Assembly: GCA_016748015.1 (NCBI GenBank)
Contig: JAAOMT010000664.1
Span: 2,023,870 to 2,087,869, forward strand
Source of the DNA: Geosiphon pyriformis uo1
Taxonomy: Eukaryota; Fungi; Glomeromycota
Length of the DNA stretch: 64,000 bases
Direction: 5' to 3'
Shown: piece by piece, positions 1 through 13,258 of the stretch
Numbering within the stretch: position 1 is the stretch's first letter
Layout: the number at the start of each line of letters is the position of its first letter
The notes under the pieces: generated by a model
The model's database searches: none
Seen by the model: only the letters and a program-made list of their open reading frames with translations
Told to the model about the DNA's origin: nothing
Position numbers and translations under genes: made by a program

Positions 1-484
1 AATTGACAACAGCTCCAGTTCTTATTTACCCAAACTTCAACAAATAGTTCTAACTAGTTACTGATGCTTTACATATAGCATTTGGTGCCATTCTATCACA
101 ATTAGATAAAAATAGCCAAGAACAAGTTATTGTTTATACCAGTAAGACACTCAAACCAACAAAACTCAAATATGACTCAACTAAATTAGAAGCTATTACA
201 ATCATTTGGGCTCTTAAATACTTTCAACAATACTTGAGGAATGGAAAAGAATTTGACATTATAATTAACAATATTGGCCTTAAATGGCTCAATAAAAAAA
301 AACTAAACAAAGTGTCAAACAGTCTTAATGGAATAATTTCTTAACAGACTACAAGTATATTATACATTACAAACCAGAAAAATTACACACCAATGTTGAT
401 AGCCTTTCAAAAATAAAACAAAATTAACACCAACAACAATTTCACCACAACTTACCAATCTACCAACAAAATAACCAAACAACA

Positions 485-1852
485 ATAGATTTCAGAAATT
501 ACAACAACATTAAAAACTATTTGGAGACTTTTATCATGTCAGAAAATTGGTTTTCAAGTAAAAAACATCGGTTACAACATCAATCAAAACAATATTTTAT
601 ATACTACAACAAAATTTATTATAAAAATTGCAAAAATCCAAACCAATTACTCAGATTAGTACAAAAAAATAAAAAAAAAACAATTCTATATAACATGTAC
701 ACAGATTTTTCTTCAACATACTTGAAAAAAGATAGAACAATTCAAAAAACCCTTAAATATTATTTTTAGCTCTACATATAAAAAAACATTTAACAATATG
801 TAGAATTTTGTAATAGTTGTTAAAAAAGAGAAAGAACTTGCCTCATGGAATCTTTAAATCCAATCAAAGTTGAACAATCTTTTGACAGAATTAGAATTGA
901 TTTAATTAGACTATTACCTATTACAACCCAAGAAAATTGTTATATTGCAGTTGCAGTAGATTATCTTACCAAATGGCTTAAAGTTAGAATCATCCAAAGA
1001 GCAGATACAAAATTAGTAACAAATTTCATTTATGAAGACATTATTTGTAGACATAAATGTCCAATTGAACTTTTATCTAATCAAGAAACACATTTTGTAA
1101 ACAACTTGATACAAGAAATTTGTGAATAATTTAATGTCAAAAGATCTCTATTATCACTTTATTACTCCCAAACAAATAAACTTGTAAAACGTTTTAACAG
1201 AACATTGTGTAAATTTTTAGCCAAAGTCTTAACTGATTTTGAGCAGGAATGAGATATATTTATTTTATTAGTGTTACTAACATACAAAACACTAAAACAA
1301 AATACTATGAAACACACACTATTTAATCTTACTTATGGAAAAACAACAATATTACCAATTAATTTCACAGTGGAAACACATCCAGTGCAACCAATCAATA
1401 AAAAAAACTTTCAAAAAACACTTCAAAGAAGAGTCTACACTTTTCTTAGTACTCTGAAAGAAAAAAGACAAATAACAGCCACTCATATTAAACACTCTCA
1501 AGCTCAATAAAAAGAAAGACATAACAACAAACTGCTACCAATTACCAATGAATTTAAAGTTGGAAATAAAGTTTTCTTATACAGAACTAAAACTGAAAAA
1601 CAATAAAGTAAGAAATTTGAATATAAATGAGATAGACTATTTTATATTCATAAAATCTTAGACAATAGATCATACAAATTAAAACTTAATAACAAAATAC
1701 TAACAAAAGTTGCATATAGAGATTGATTAAAACACTATTATTTCAAAACAAATTCTGAACCATTAATTTTACAAATTGGTACACATTCTTCTTTAATTAA
1801 TCCTAAAGATATTTCTTAAAATTTAGAACCAATAGTTATAATAGAACAATAA
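485..1852 (+). pseudogene. Gypsy integrase, copy 1 (disrupted)
   Basis: FDRIRIDLI..VAVDYLTKW..ELLSNQETHF core motifs; homologous to 49002-50351; ends LEPIVIIEQ*; multiple stops. Confidence 0.9.
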
Positions 1853-2036
1853 CCAAACTTGGACACTTAATTTAACATTTTTATAACAATCCCTTTAATA
1901 ATACACAAAATGTAAAACAAAAATAGTAAATAATTACAAAAAACACCCAACTCCAAAAAACAAATAAAATCTTATATTCAAAAATTATTTTTTTTATTTT
2001 TTTTAAAAGTTTTATTTATTAGTTAGTTATTTTATT

Positions 2037-2733
2037 ATGATTATTCTTCAAAATATCCTAAAAATTAATATTAGCTTTGAAAACACTTTTTAATTTATTT
2101 ATAATGATTAATAGAAGTCAAATTAATTACATTCAAAAAGAAACCACAGCACCAATAGTAAATAATTCTTAGAATTATTACTCTTATAGAAGAAATACAA
2201 GAAGTTATTCTGAAATTCAATTACCAGAACTTTTAAAGCAAGCATTAAAAAAAAACCTTTTATTTGCCTCTATTAACATTTCACCAAATACTATAATTTA
2301 ACAAAAACTTTTACTATTTCTCAATAAACAGAACAATAACTATACTCTTATCTATATATATTTTCATATTGGAAAAACACTTTATGAACGAAAACTGGAA
2401 CTTAAAACAACAAACATCACTCTTGAAGCTATATAAAAACAAATTCACAATGAATTCAAGACAGCAGCTGGACCAATAAACACTTACTACAAAGTTAAAA
2501 CAGCTTTTAAACTCTATAACTTATTTAATACTTGTGAAAATGTCTTACAAAATCCAATACTTTATCCAATAAAGATTCAGTACATTGGAAAGCTTACAGA
2601 ACTGAAATTTCAACAATTTTCAGACCAAATTACTTTAATTATCTTGGATTACTATCTTAATATTACAGATAGTACTTGGACTTCAATGAAGCTTAGTTTT
2701 GAGAAAGAGATTATGTTACCAGTAGAATTTTAG
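2037..2733 (+). pseudogene. Extra 3' ORF (ORF3) of Gypsy copy 1, disrupted
   Basis: Homologous to ORF 50533-51186 (MII..; YYKVKTAFKLYNLF; YIGKLTELKFQQFSDQI); reads through the PPT into the LTR (..EKEIMLPVEF*). Confidence 0.85.
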
Positions 2734-3682
2734 CTATTAATTAGCATAAAGTTACTCTTATAATTCCTATTATTAATTAGTATATATTATTATTATTTCA
2801 ATTATTACTTATTATTTAATCAAAATATCAAATATCATTATTCAATTAATAATCTAATTTGTATCATAGAAATTAAGATAATAAAATTACACAATATCTT
2901 AAACCATTTAATATTCAAAAATTCGGCAAAATTAGCAGAAATTGGCCGAAATAATTAATAGTTTGTAGAAATAACTTGTAGTTTACTGAAATATATCTTT
3001 AGTTTACCAAAATTATAGCAAAAAAAAAAGTGCAAGTTTAAAGACTAGTACTATAACAAGTTGTATAAAAAAAGCTTTTTTCTTTAAAAAAATGTATTTT
3101 ACCATAGTATTTTACCCTTTAGATATCTTAATTAGAAACAAATTATCTCTTACACATTTTTACAAAATAAAAATAAAAATTAAATATTCAAAAACCAAAT
3201 CCTTAACTATTACACTTGAAATTCTCTCAGAACAACTAACATTTTAAAATTGATTAGCTACCAATTTCAGTAATTTGTTAGTAACTTCAGGCCTGAATAG
3301 AAAACGTTTCTCTTGTTAGAATTCTATTTCTTTTACTTTTCTTTTATTTTTTTTTACTTTTTTTATTATAATTATTAAGGTAGCTTACAGACAAAATTTC
3401 TGTAGAAGAGTTAACTTTTACAGCAAAGTAACTACACATTTTTAGTAAGCTTTTAGATAAGCAATTCCTAAGAAAAAGTTGATATTTACTATAACATAAC
3501 TACACAAAACAACTGGCACAGAATTAACCATTCCACTTATAAGCCCAGCAGTTCAAATTATAAGAGATAATTTGAAGATAAATTCAGTTATTGGAGGTTT
3601 AACTACTTCCAAAAAAACATAAATTCACAACCAACAGGCATTAACAACATTTAAGAAAAGAGACCAAAAACTTCTAATAATA
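2714..3682 (+). repeat. 3' LTR of Gypsy copy 1
   Basis: Starts TGTTACCAG after purine tract GAGAAAGAGA (2701-2710); aligns with 42333-43266 and 51221-52189; decayed end CTAATAATA for CTGGTAACA. Confidence 0.9.
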
Positions 3683-4000
3683 CCAGAACTGAATTTTAAA
3701 TATTTTTTTTACTTCTATTGCTACTGCTATATATACATAGTTGGTATTATACAAAATTTCTGAAATTCTGCAATTTTTTTAAAGGAATTCTGGAATTCTG
3801 TGATTTCTTATGAAAAATTCTGGAATCTTGCAATTTCTTTAGAAAAATTCTGGAATTTTTCTGTTATTATATTTATTTCTAATTGGCTATTTTTCTAACT
3901 ATATACTACTTCTACTTTTTATAAGTAATACTACTAATATCATATAATTAATTACTTTATTTTTAGATAGTAATTATTAATCACTTTTAATAGTTATATA
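3683..4000 (-). repeat. Decayed LTR-like relic with ~28-bp tandem array (AATTCTGGAATTCTG..)
   Basis: Four imperfect units at 3750-3860 followed (minus strand) by TATATATAG; an inverted homolog lies at ~33100-33400. Boundaries approximate. Confidence 0.45.
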
Positions 4001-4519
4001 AATAATAACTTTTTTAGCTATAAAAATATATAATTAAAGTAATAAAATAAAATTCACTATTAATTACTTTTTTTTATATTATTTATTTACTTTTCTCTAT
4101 CTTTAAGTATCTAAACATCTTGAAATAAAAAATTATTTGTTGGTATTTACATATCTATTTTTTTTTTGATTTGTATTGTTAGATTAATCTTAAAAGTAAT
4201 TGCTTGCTCTTGTAATTTATTGAATAAAAAAACGATTAAAAAACACAACAATATTATTATTAATTTTAAAAATCATTAAGTTAAAGCATAAAATAATAGC
4301 AGTAGTGTTATTTTATTGACAATTATAAATTATTTCTCTATTTTCAGATTTTCAAAAAAGATTAGCAACTGTAATTTCTATAAGACTAGTTATGTATATT
4401 AAATTTATATATATTTAATTTGCTCTTTTATTGTAATTTTTCTTTAATTATTTTTATTATTTTACAACTTTGTTTTTATTTGCTATCTGTTAGCTTATTA
4501 CTTTAATTTGTAACAATAT

Positions 4520-5515
4520 TTTAATCTTAAGTAAACTATTTTTAAGTAATATTAACCAACAAAATTATAAGTTTTTTGCATATTTTATAGAACCAATAAA
4601 AACTTATAATTTTTTTTTAGTGTATTTTTTTTTATTGAATTAATAGCAAAAATTAATAATTAAGTTATAATATTTTTTATAATTAAAAAACTATTATCAC
4701 AAAAAATATTAAATCTGTTATAAGCCAAAAAAATTTTATTAAAAAAAATCTTAAAAAAACTTTTTTTTATTTATATATCTTAAAAATTATTAATATTTAA
4801 ACTTTTTTAAGACTAAAAAACTGATTTACTTATTAAATAAAAATTCAAAAAATTCAAAATTATTTTTAAAATTTATTAATAATATTAAACAAGTTAGCAG
4901 TCTTTTTAAACAAGTCTTTAATTATATTCAATATTTTCTTATATTTAATAATTTTTATAATATTAAAAAAGATTTTATTATCAATATAAGTTAAAAACAT
5001 ATACTAATAATATTATATAACAAAAATATTATTTAAAACTAATTACTTTTTTGTTTAATTTTTTATAATTTTATTAATATTAGCTTTTTTTTAACAACTA
5101 AATAATTTAAAACCTGTAAAATAGATATTTCAAAATGTTTTTGATAGTATGTTTTTTATTAATAGTAAAATCATCTATTTAATAAATAATAACAAATTAA
5201 ATTTTGGATTTTTCAGTCTAATAAAATTTAATAAGCTTAAATACATAATAAAATTTTCTTATATTAGATAAAACAAATCTAATATTATTAAAACTAATAT
5301 TTAAATTCAACAAAATTCAAATCTTTAAAGTTTTTACAATATTAAAAAAAATTCACTAATCTATTAAAAAACAAATTTATTATTAAATTTTAAATATAAT
5401 ACTTTAACAATTTTAAAATCAGAATTTTTAACTTATAAAACCTAAAAAATATTTTAATAAAAACATTATTATATTTTTTATGCCATATATTTTTTTTTAT
5501 TAAAACATTTAATAA
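4520..5515 (-). mobile_element. Heavily decayed LINE ORF2 relic
   Basis: Minus-strand translation still gives NIRFVLSNIRKFYYVFKL (cf. NAIRSVLFKIRKSYHSSKM in copy B) and KIFFNKIFLAYNRFNIFCDNSF (cf. KILSNRISLAYSTFDVFYGDNF in copy F). Confidence 0.7.
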
Positions 5516-6340
5516 TGTTATAGATAATTATTTGAGTCTCAAAGCAAATAACAAACCCATAACTTGGTGCTCAATTGATAGTTGATGTTGGCAATTTCTG
5601 AAGGTGTGGTGTCTGAAGGTTTTAATTAAGTTCTTTGTATAATAAACAGAGATTCAATTGATAGTTTTATCCATAGCTTTCCGAAACTGCAGTTTCATCA
5701 ATTTTTTTCTCAACATGATGGCTGGTAATCCTTCTGGTAAGATATCCTCAATTCAAAGTGTCTACCTTTATTCCTGGGTTTTTTACCAGTGCTATATTCT
5801 GATGTCAGTACCTCCATATGTAAATCCTTTTAATTAAGTTAACAAACAACAGAGAAAATAAAGCAAGAAAAAAAAATAAAAAAAATAAGAAAAATAAGCC
5901 AAGGCAATTTGCACATTAGTATCTCATTAATAGCCATGATCAAGAGCTATTGTTCTAATGTGGTTAAGTATCAATTATTATCAACATAAAGTATTGATAG
6001 TAAAGAATAAATTTGAGATAGTGAATAATTATTTATTAATATTTGCAATATAGAAGGTTGCTTAAATCAAATCTAAACTGAGAGGTCTTGAGAATTCTAA
6101 TAATTATGACTTGCAAGTCTAATTGACTCTAAGAGTCCTATTAACTCTGGAAGTCTAATTTTCTAGCTTTTAATACTACTACTATATATACCTAATTTAT
6201 GTTCTATGAAATTGCTCACATTCTCAAGCAATGTGCTATAATTTCTTGAGCAATGCTCACATTGCTGAGCAATATGCTTACATGCTAACTACTACTCTCT
6301 TATTGGTCTATTATTTTTCTATATCTGTTTTCTTTATGAG
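5516..6340 (-). repeat. Probable LTR of a second family (partial, interrupted by a LINE 3' end)
   Basis: Abrupt GC step; ends ..ATAACA on minus (TGTTAT at 5516); short imperfect palindromic repeats (GAGCAATGCTC, 6210-6285) upstream of TATATATAG, then a T-rich tract, the same layout as the Gypsy LTR. No second copy in the window. Confidence 0.5.
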
Positions 6341-8160
6341 TAATAATAAGCACAGTCTAATTACTATCTAAAGATATAAAATCAGACAAGATTCTTAGTT
6401 AAGTATGGCTTATGCACTTTCTATATATAACCAGCTACTCAAGCCAATTAAGATGATATTATACACCTAAATTGTCTATCAAAAAAATATCATGCAAAAA
6501 ACCAAAACCTAATCTAAATAGACAATAACATAAACCAAAGCAAACATGAATACCCAATCTAACACCAAAACTGTAATATAAATCAGAAGACCACAAGAAC
6601 AACAAACCAGATACCAAAAGAACAACAGAATTATCATAAAGCAAAAAATTGTGTTTTTTATAGAAAGATCTAAGCTTAGCCACTGGCAGCCAAATATTAT
6701 GCCTGTAACTTTTAGCAAGACCCCAAATCAATTTAATGACTACTGCTTTATTATTAGATTTAGCACCCAAATATTGTACAGTATTAATTATCCAACTTTT
6801 TAACACAAAACTTTTAGCTAGTGTTGTATATAAATTAATTAACTATTTAGTTTTATTTAGAGACAAAAAAATCACACTACCATTGGCAAAAGTACTACAT
6901 AGCTTATTTTATTTTAACAATATGTCCAACAATAAATTTTTTTTAGTACCACTATTATATATATATAAGAATATATGATTAAAATTCTTTATTTTTTCAT
7001 ATTAGATGCAAGCCACATTAGGATACTTGGAATTATACAACTTTTTTCTCTTAGCCATAAGCAATTAATAGTGCAAGATTTTTATAAGATAAAACTGAAG
7101 CATAGCTAAAAATATGTTGGTGTAATCAGAGTGAACTTTGCCATTAGAATGCCAAACACTAAAAGTTTTGATTATATCAAAACTATTATTAATATCTATA
7201 CCCATAATGTTGTCAACATATCTGAATTCTTATCTAATAAAGTCAACTGTCTTAAACAAACTTTTGACAAAATAATGAGCATTTCTAAAGACAGATCTGT
7301 TTTTAACATTAAGAAAATAATATGGTATACTAAGAGATAGTATGAAACTAAAAACAGTTACAGTATTGGCATAAAAATTGGCATGCTTATTTCTAACAAT
7401 GTCAAAATAATTTTTAACTTTTTTCTATGTAACCAGTAATCCATTTTTTGAAATAATTTGGTGAATATGCTTCTTCTTAATCCAACACTTACTGTAAAAA
7501 TTGAAACCAAGTACACTCAAGCCAAAGTTACATATATTCAAAAACACTTAGCTGTCTATAAATAAGATAACAGAACTGGAAACAAATATACAATCCAATG
7601 CAAGAACAATAGTCTGTAGTTCCACTAAAATTGAAAACAGCAAACCATTTATTTTGACTTCAACACTAATATTAATAGCTGAGAAATAGACAGCAATACT
7701 ACTACAAATACTTATTAAATCCAAATTTTTGATAGAACTATCTGTGTAAATTTTTACAGATCCTGATTTGAAACTTAGCAAATAAACATAAACATAACCA
7801 AGATTACAAAAGAAGTTAACAGAAGTAATACAAGAAAAAAGCATCACATTACTAGCCAAACTGTCATTTCTAATAAACTCTATTAATAATTTGAATCAAA
7901 CAGGAACTAGATCTCTAAGATCCAGTTTCTTCTACCTATAAAAAGTGTTCTATATAAAGCATATGTTATAATGATTTAAAATTTGGTTTACAAATATTAT
8001 GCTGTATTTTTTAAGAGAACCAACCATATTTAAATAACTATTTAAACTCAGTATGTTCAAAACTACAACACTATTTCTAGCCAGAAAAACATCAAACAGA
8101 ATATTACTTAAAAACAGATTGCACAAAGCTAAAACACATATTGTATCTGTTAGAAAGCAA
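6341..8160 (-). mobile_element. 5'-truncated LINE (RNase H, C-terminal zinc finger, 3'UTR)
   Basis: IYTDSS..VELQTI..FIDS RNase H (7548-7859); C-terminus 6459-6806; 3'UTR similar to 13830-13948. Confidence 0.85.
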
Positions 8161-9499
8161 ATGTTATAATTTAATAAATATTTTATTAATTAAAAAATAT
8201 ACAATTTTTTAAATAAAATTTTTTTAATAAAATTTTTTTAATTATTTGAGCAGTAAATAAAAAAAATTAATAAAAAATAATACAACATATTATTAAAAAT
8301 TTTGAAATTTTTTATAATAATAATAATTATATTAAAATTAATTTTAAACAAAAAAAACTTTTATTTAAAGTCAAAAAAAGTGCTTTTTAATAATTAAAAA
8401 CTGTTTTATATTTATAATACTTAAAAAAAATATTATTTATGTTTTTTTTATATATAATTAATTATTTAAATTAATTAAAACTATATTATATATTTATAAT
8501 ATAAATTTTTTTAATAAACTTACAAAATTTGTCTAAAATTAATTACAAATCAGTAATACTGCCAAAATTAATAAACTAATTTTAAATAAAATTTATATTA
8601 TAAACAAAATTTCATAAATTAAATCTTATTAAATTATATATATTAATTAAATTTGAATTAATAATAATAATTAAATTTTTTTTTATATTTAATTTCTAAC
8701 TTAAAAGTTAGCAACCAAATATTTATTTTACAATATATAATAAAACTCTAAACAAGATTTACAATACATAAACCAACTTTAATTGTATTTTTAAATATTA
8801 AAAGTAATTCAAAAACCCAATTCTTAAAAATAAGTCTCTAATATTAAGCATATATACATAATTATTAACAGCAATATTATAAAACAATTAAAAAACAGAG
8901 ATATTTACAAGTATTTTATCTGTTAAAACAATGCATTTATTGAATTTTTATATTTTATATAGTATTTTTAACAAAAATATAAACAATATTAATAAATAAC
9001 TATAAATAAATTATTTTTATATTTTAAAAATAAAATAAAAGGCTTGATAATTAATAAAACAATAGTTTAAATATATTAATTATGTATTGTTATTTATTTA
9101 AAAAACAATAGCATATATATATAAAAGTAATTTTAATTTTTTGGAAAAATAATAAATACTTTTTAATAAAATTTATTTTTTAATAAATATTTGTATTTAA
9201 TTATAAATCTTAATTTTATGATTTGAAATATTAATTTCTAATTTTCAATTAATAAAATTTTATATTTAAACATTATTTTCAAATACAAACACTCAAACAT
9301 TTATAAAAATTAAGCAATTACATAATTTTGATATGTAAATTTTTTCCAAGAAAATAAACTCGTAAATAAATAAATAAAACAGATATTCAAATATAAAACA
9401 AACACCATTTTAAAATGTGATTTAAATACATATTTGCTTATTCAGAAATTTCATTTTTTTGCCTGCCTATTATATATATAAAATTCAATTGCCACGAGA

Positions 9500-11068
9500 A
9501 TGGCGAGTCAATTTTCAAAAGAATGTCTTTCCAACATGTTTGAGTTTTGCGACGAAAAAACTTTATATTATTGTCTTTTTGTGAATCATGAGTGGTTGGT
9601 TGCTGCCGTCCCTACATTATGGGCAGACCCGTTTGGTGAATGCCTCTCACCCTTTGATGAGGATGAGGAGGTGGAACGCTTTGAGCGAAAGTCAATATTT
9701 CTCATTAGAACTTATGTATCATGTTTATCCGAGAACATAAGGGTATCTTTGTTTGGAGAAAACTCCAAAAACACCATGCCTACATCGATCAAACCAATGT
9801 TTGATTATGGGTCATTCCTTCAAAATCTCGATTACTATCAACTCTATAACTTGGTTGGGCTTTGGTTAGAAGAAACACAAATGGGTCTTGGGGCTCAAAA
9901 GAGCAATACTTCAAAATGTGATTTGCAGAACAGGTTGCAAACCAAAGTTACTCGAGAACTTTGTAGGTTGTTTGTGGCCCAATCAATCGGAATTAAGCAA
10001 CTTCGTTTACATACCAAGCTACGAGGACCATTTGGCTTCGAGTCAGCCCCGGCAATTGTGTTTACCGAATTTCCTGGTGCTGTGAAGGCGTTTGATCAAC
10101 TGGAATATCTTCAATGCATAGTAGAAAAAAATTTCTCCGAAGTTTTCGGTGGATTAGCAAACATCTGTCATAATATTCGCGATGTGGAGGTCATAGAATA
10201 TAGGCAAGACAATCAGGATTTCGCGAATCTTATCGGTGCACAAAAAAGGTTGACTGGTTTGGATTTTTTTAGCGGAATCTCTCAAACCCCTCTTATCACT
10301 CAGTCACTTGGGGTGAAGGCACATTCACTTCTGGAACTAAGGCTTACTGGTAATCACTCCATCCCCCTCAACATATTTAATACCTCCCAGAGTTTATATT
10401 CGCTGGAACTGGTGGGCGATTATAAGATTGCTGATTTTAGAAAGTTGTCAGAATCATCGTTTAAATGTCTGCATTCATTATCACTTTCTCTTGAAAATAT
10501 GCATATCAAGGAATTAAAAACCATTTTGAGAAATACTCATGGGAATCTAAAAGATATTGACATTACCTGGAATTTACCTCTTAGCCCAAAAGTTTGTGAA
10601 CAAGTTATTGAGGCAATTCGACACTTTTGTCCAGGAGCTTTGTCCCTTGAATTGTCTTTGGAGCAGGAAGCCATGAAAAAAATCCCATCTCTCCTGAAAT
10701 CTTTGACTTCTCTCGAATCACTGACTATTATAGGAAAGTATGAAGAAGAAAACATGGGCTTCAAATTCAATGATCTTTTAGCCGAAGTTGGGGACAATCT
10801 CCCTTGCTCACTACACGTACTTGACTTAAGTGAAAGTTGCTGGATTATAGACGGTCCTGAATTAGAAAATTTCCTTACTCAATGTGAAGTTAAATTGAAT
10901 GTTCCTTTATATTTAGAACTTTCTCATATGACTGATGAAATTCTAGAGATTGGCAGACGCTATCAAAAAAAAGGTATCCTAAGGGAGAACGAGTGCATGA
11001 AAACTTACATTCCCAATCAAGGTATCAGAATAGAAATTGGGGATCTTGCTCCATTTACTGAAGAATGA
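9500..11068 (+). CDS. F-box / leucine-rich-repeat (RNI-like) protein, single exon, 522 aa
   Basis: Uninterrupted ORF with normal GC and CpG. N-terminal F-box-like ECLSNMFEF..TLYYCLFVNHEWLVAAVPTLW, then PMFDYGSFLQNLD, then LxxLxL repeats (LLELRLTG, LYSLELVG, LHSLSLS, LESLTI, LHVLDLS). Confidence 0.9.
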   Translation: MASQFSKECLSNMFEFCDEKTLYYCLFVNHEWLVAAVPTLWADPFGECLSPFDEDEEVERFERKSIFLIRTYVSCLSENIRVSLFGENSKNTMPTSIKPMFDYGSFLQNLDYYQLYNLVGLWLEETQMGLGAQKSNTSKCDLQNRLQTKVTRELCRLFVAQSIGIKQLRLHTKLRGPFGFESAPAIVFTEFPGAVKAFDQLEYLQCIVEKNFSEVFGGLANICHNIRDVEVIEYRQDNQDFANLIGAQKRLTGLDFFSGISQTPLITQSLGVKAHSLLELRLTGNHSIPLNIFNTSQSLYSLELVGDYKIADFRKLSESSFKCLHSLSLSLENMHIKELKTILRNTHGNLKDIDITWNLPLSPKVCEQVIEAIRHFCPGALSLELSLEQEAMKKIPSLLKSLTSLESLTIIGKYEEENMGFKFNDLLAEVGDNLPCSLHVLDLSESCWIIDGPELENFLTQCEVKLNVPLYLELSHMTDEILEIGRRYQKKGILRENECMKTYIPNQGIRIEIGDLAPFTEE

Positions 11069-11475
11069 AAGACACTTATTTAGAGATTGATTGCATACGT
11101 CACGCGTCATTTAGAGTTCATCATCGTTGGCAATCCTTAAGAGGCATGAAAACCCGACTGCATCTCAGAGTAAAGCATAACTGGATAATTTTCCAAAATA
11201 TCTTTCATTTCATCCTTATGTACTCCCTTTTGCATTTTCTCAATATAGAACTCAAAATTATAAAATAAATGTTCTGGGAAGACTTTTATTGGATATGAAT
11301 CTAAACTCAACAACAAATCTTAGCTTGCATTTACTCTTCAAAATTTCTAATTTTCATGTAATATTTATAAAAAACTTCTATTTGAAACTCTCGTTGAATG
11401 AAACCCCCAAAATGTTTGCGGGATTTACTAGTGGCAAGAAATTTTAAATCGATCATAATTTCTATTATGAAGCCG

Positions 11476-13258
11476 CTAATTCCTTGCTCCCTTACCATCT
11501 CGACTCCCATGACTAGAATGATGATGGTGGGGATGATGATGACGTCTTTCAGCTGATCTTGATGAGGTGGAGGAAGACGATGTAGCAGGTGGCCTAGATA
11601 GAGCGGGTACATCCCACTTACTTGTGCGCTTTTTACCTAGGGCCATTTGTTCAATGGAGCATATAAAATAATCGAGCTGAAATGTTGAACTGAAACAAAA
11701 GTGACGTAAAAACCCGACACTCATTGAAAGCTTTCTCACCGGAAGGAAGAGATCCAGAAGCTAATGAATTTGTGACAGCAGGAATAACCATGGTGCTCTT
11801 TTCAGCACGAGCTGCCAAACTTTGCATCACATGTCGACTTTTCGAAATGCTTACAGAGTTGGTAGCAGATGAGCCAGGTACAAATTGTATCTGTGTACGT
11901 TGTTGCAGTTGCTGTGCAGCTGAGCGTTCTTCTGCTATCCTCTTCTGAGTTTCGGCTAAAAAAAAGTAAAGGACTTGAATATTTTTTATTTTAAGAAAAT
12001 CTACGAATTAGCAACATAATTACCTAATTTATCAGCATACATTTCTCTCGGAAAGCCATACGGGTCAAATACATTCTTTGGAAAGTTGGAACCAATCTCG
12101 TCTAGTTCAACAAATTCTACCAATTTGGAATAGATATGCGGGTTACGAAATGCTTTGTTTTTCAAAAGATTTTCGTTGAAATGTACGCCCTTTTCTTTTA
12201 ATTCGTGAAAGTGTGAAATTTTGGCCTTTCCCCAAAATCACGTCGCGACAAAGTTCCCCTGTTAGTATCAAAAACAAAAATTAAAAATTCGAACTTAGAA
12301 ACAAAAACTCAAATACAGTACCTGCAGAGCCGGATCACATTCTTTTTCGGGTTCCGAAGGTATACCCCAGTTTTCTAAACCAAGAATAGGTTTAGGGCGC
12401 AAAAGCTGTCGCATAAGCGTTTGTTCCCTTAATTCTTTGTGAGATTGATCCAAATCCATCTCTATAATATCCGTCGATTCCATAAGATTTGGTAAAGTTC
12501 CAGATGAATCAGATACTTTCAAAGATGAATAATTGGGGTGTCCCCCTGAAGAAATGTTTGCTTGTGGTGATAGAAATGAGTTATTATAATCCTCCAGAGG
12601 AACGTATGTTGGCGTTTGTACTGATAAATGGGGTTCCGGTTTGGGGGTGTTAGTATTATAATTGCTTTCATGATTTCGTCGACGGACAAGATTGGAAAAA
12701 TCGTGAGGGGATGGTGAATTTGGTTTAGTGTGTGTAGTAGCTGCTGGTACCAGCCTCATAGGGGATATTTGATTTTGCTCCAAATCTGAAATAAATATTC
12801 CCAATTATTTAGCTAATAGTAAGACTCCACAGAACAGAATATATATCTAGATCACCTGCTACGCGATTTAAGGAAACAAGAGACTTAGATGAACTCTATT
12901 AAGAATCAAATCGGAAAACACTTGTCAACCAACAGACTCTGTTCCTAACCATGCCAAAGTCAATAATCAAAAAGTGCCTTCAAAAAACCATACTACGTTT
13001 TTTGTGTTTAAATTTCCAGTGTCTTCATCCTGAACTTGTAGTGTAAGACCATGTGTAGTTGAGAGCACTAACGGAAATGATCAAGATCTTTGACGTAAAA
13101 AAGCTTAAAATCAATTCGTGGAAACAAGAAAGATAAACTTTACCGGCCATGTCGTTAGGGTTAAGGGTCTTTGTTTCAAGGGTTGAATTTTCACAGCTAA
13201 TCTCTTGCGCTTCCTCTTCCTCCTCGTCGTAATAACTAAGACCTAATAAATTATTCAT
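11476..13258 (-). CDS. SAP30BP: SAP30-binding protein / HCNGP-family protein; predicted exons 13258-13144, 13067-12994, 12895-12856, 12785-12322, 12225-12024, 11955-11740, 11636-11476
   Basis: N-terminal LLGLSYYDEEEE; HCNGP core WGIPSEPEKECDPALQ|AKISHFHELKRKGVHFNENLLKNKAFRNPHIYSKLVEFVELDEIGSNFPKNVFDPYGFPREMYADKL; C-terminal KKRTSKWD. All six introns are GT-AG with consistent phases; the exon 2 donor could alternatively be 3 nt upstream. Confidence 0.9.

Larger units (their letters stand above)
1..3682 (+). mobile_element. Ty3/Gypsy LTR retrotransposon, copy 1 (3' part only: RNase H, integrase, extra ORF, PPT, 3' LTR), degenerate
   Basis: Colinear with 48510-52189 throughout. RNase H (APVLIYPNF..TDALHIAFGAILSQ), integrase fragments (ORFs 521, 845, 1271) and an LTR starting TGTTACCAG at 2714. 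Many premature stops. Confidence 0.93.

Noticed and set aside
3750-3860. Spaced repeats resembling a CRISPR array (also 51425-51530)
   Set aside because: Degenerate tandem units without unique spacers; eukaryotic LTR context; no cas genes.
5516-6374. TGTTATAGATA..TATCTAAAGA as the termini of a complete solo LTR or MITE
   Set aside because: The right-hand match lies inside the adjacent LINE 3'UTR (similar to 13830-13870), so it is probably coincidental.
11065-11612. Small ORFs between and overlapping the two genes; single ACGCGT at 11102
   Set aside because: 3'UTR or alternative frames; an isolated motif downstream of both genes is uninformative.
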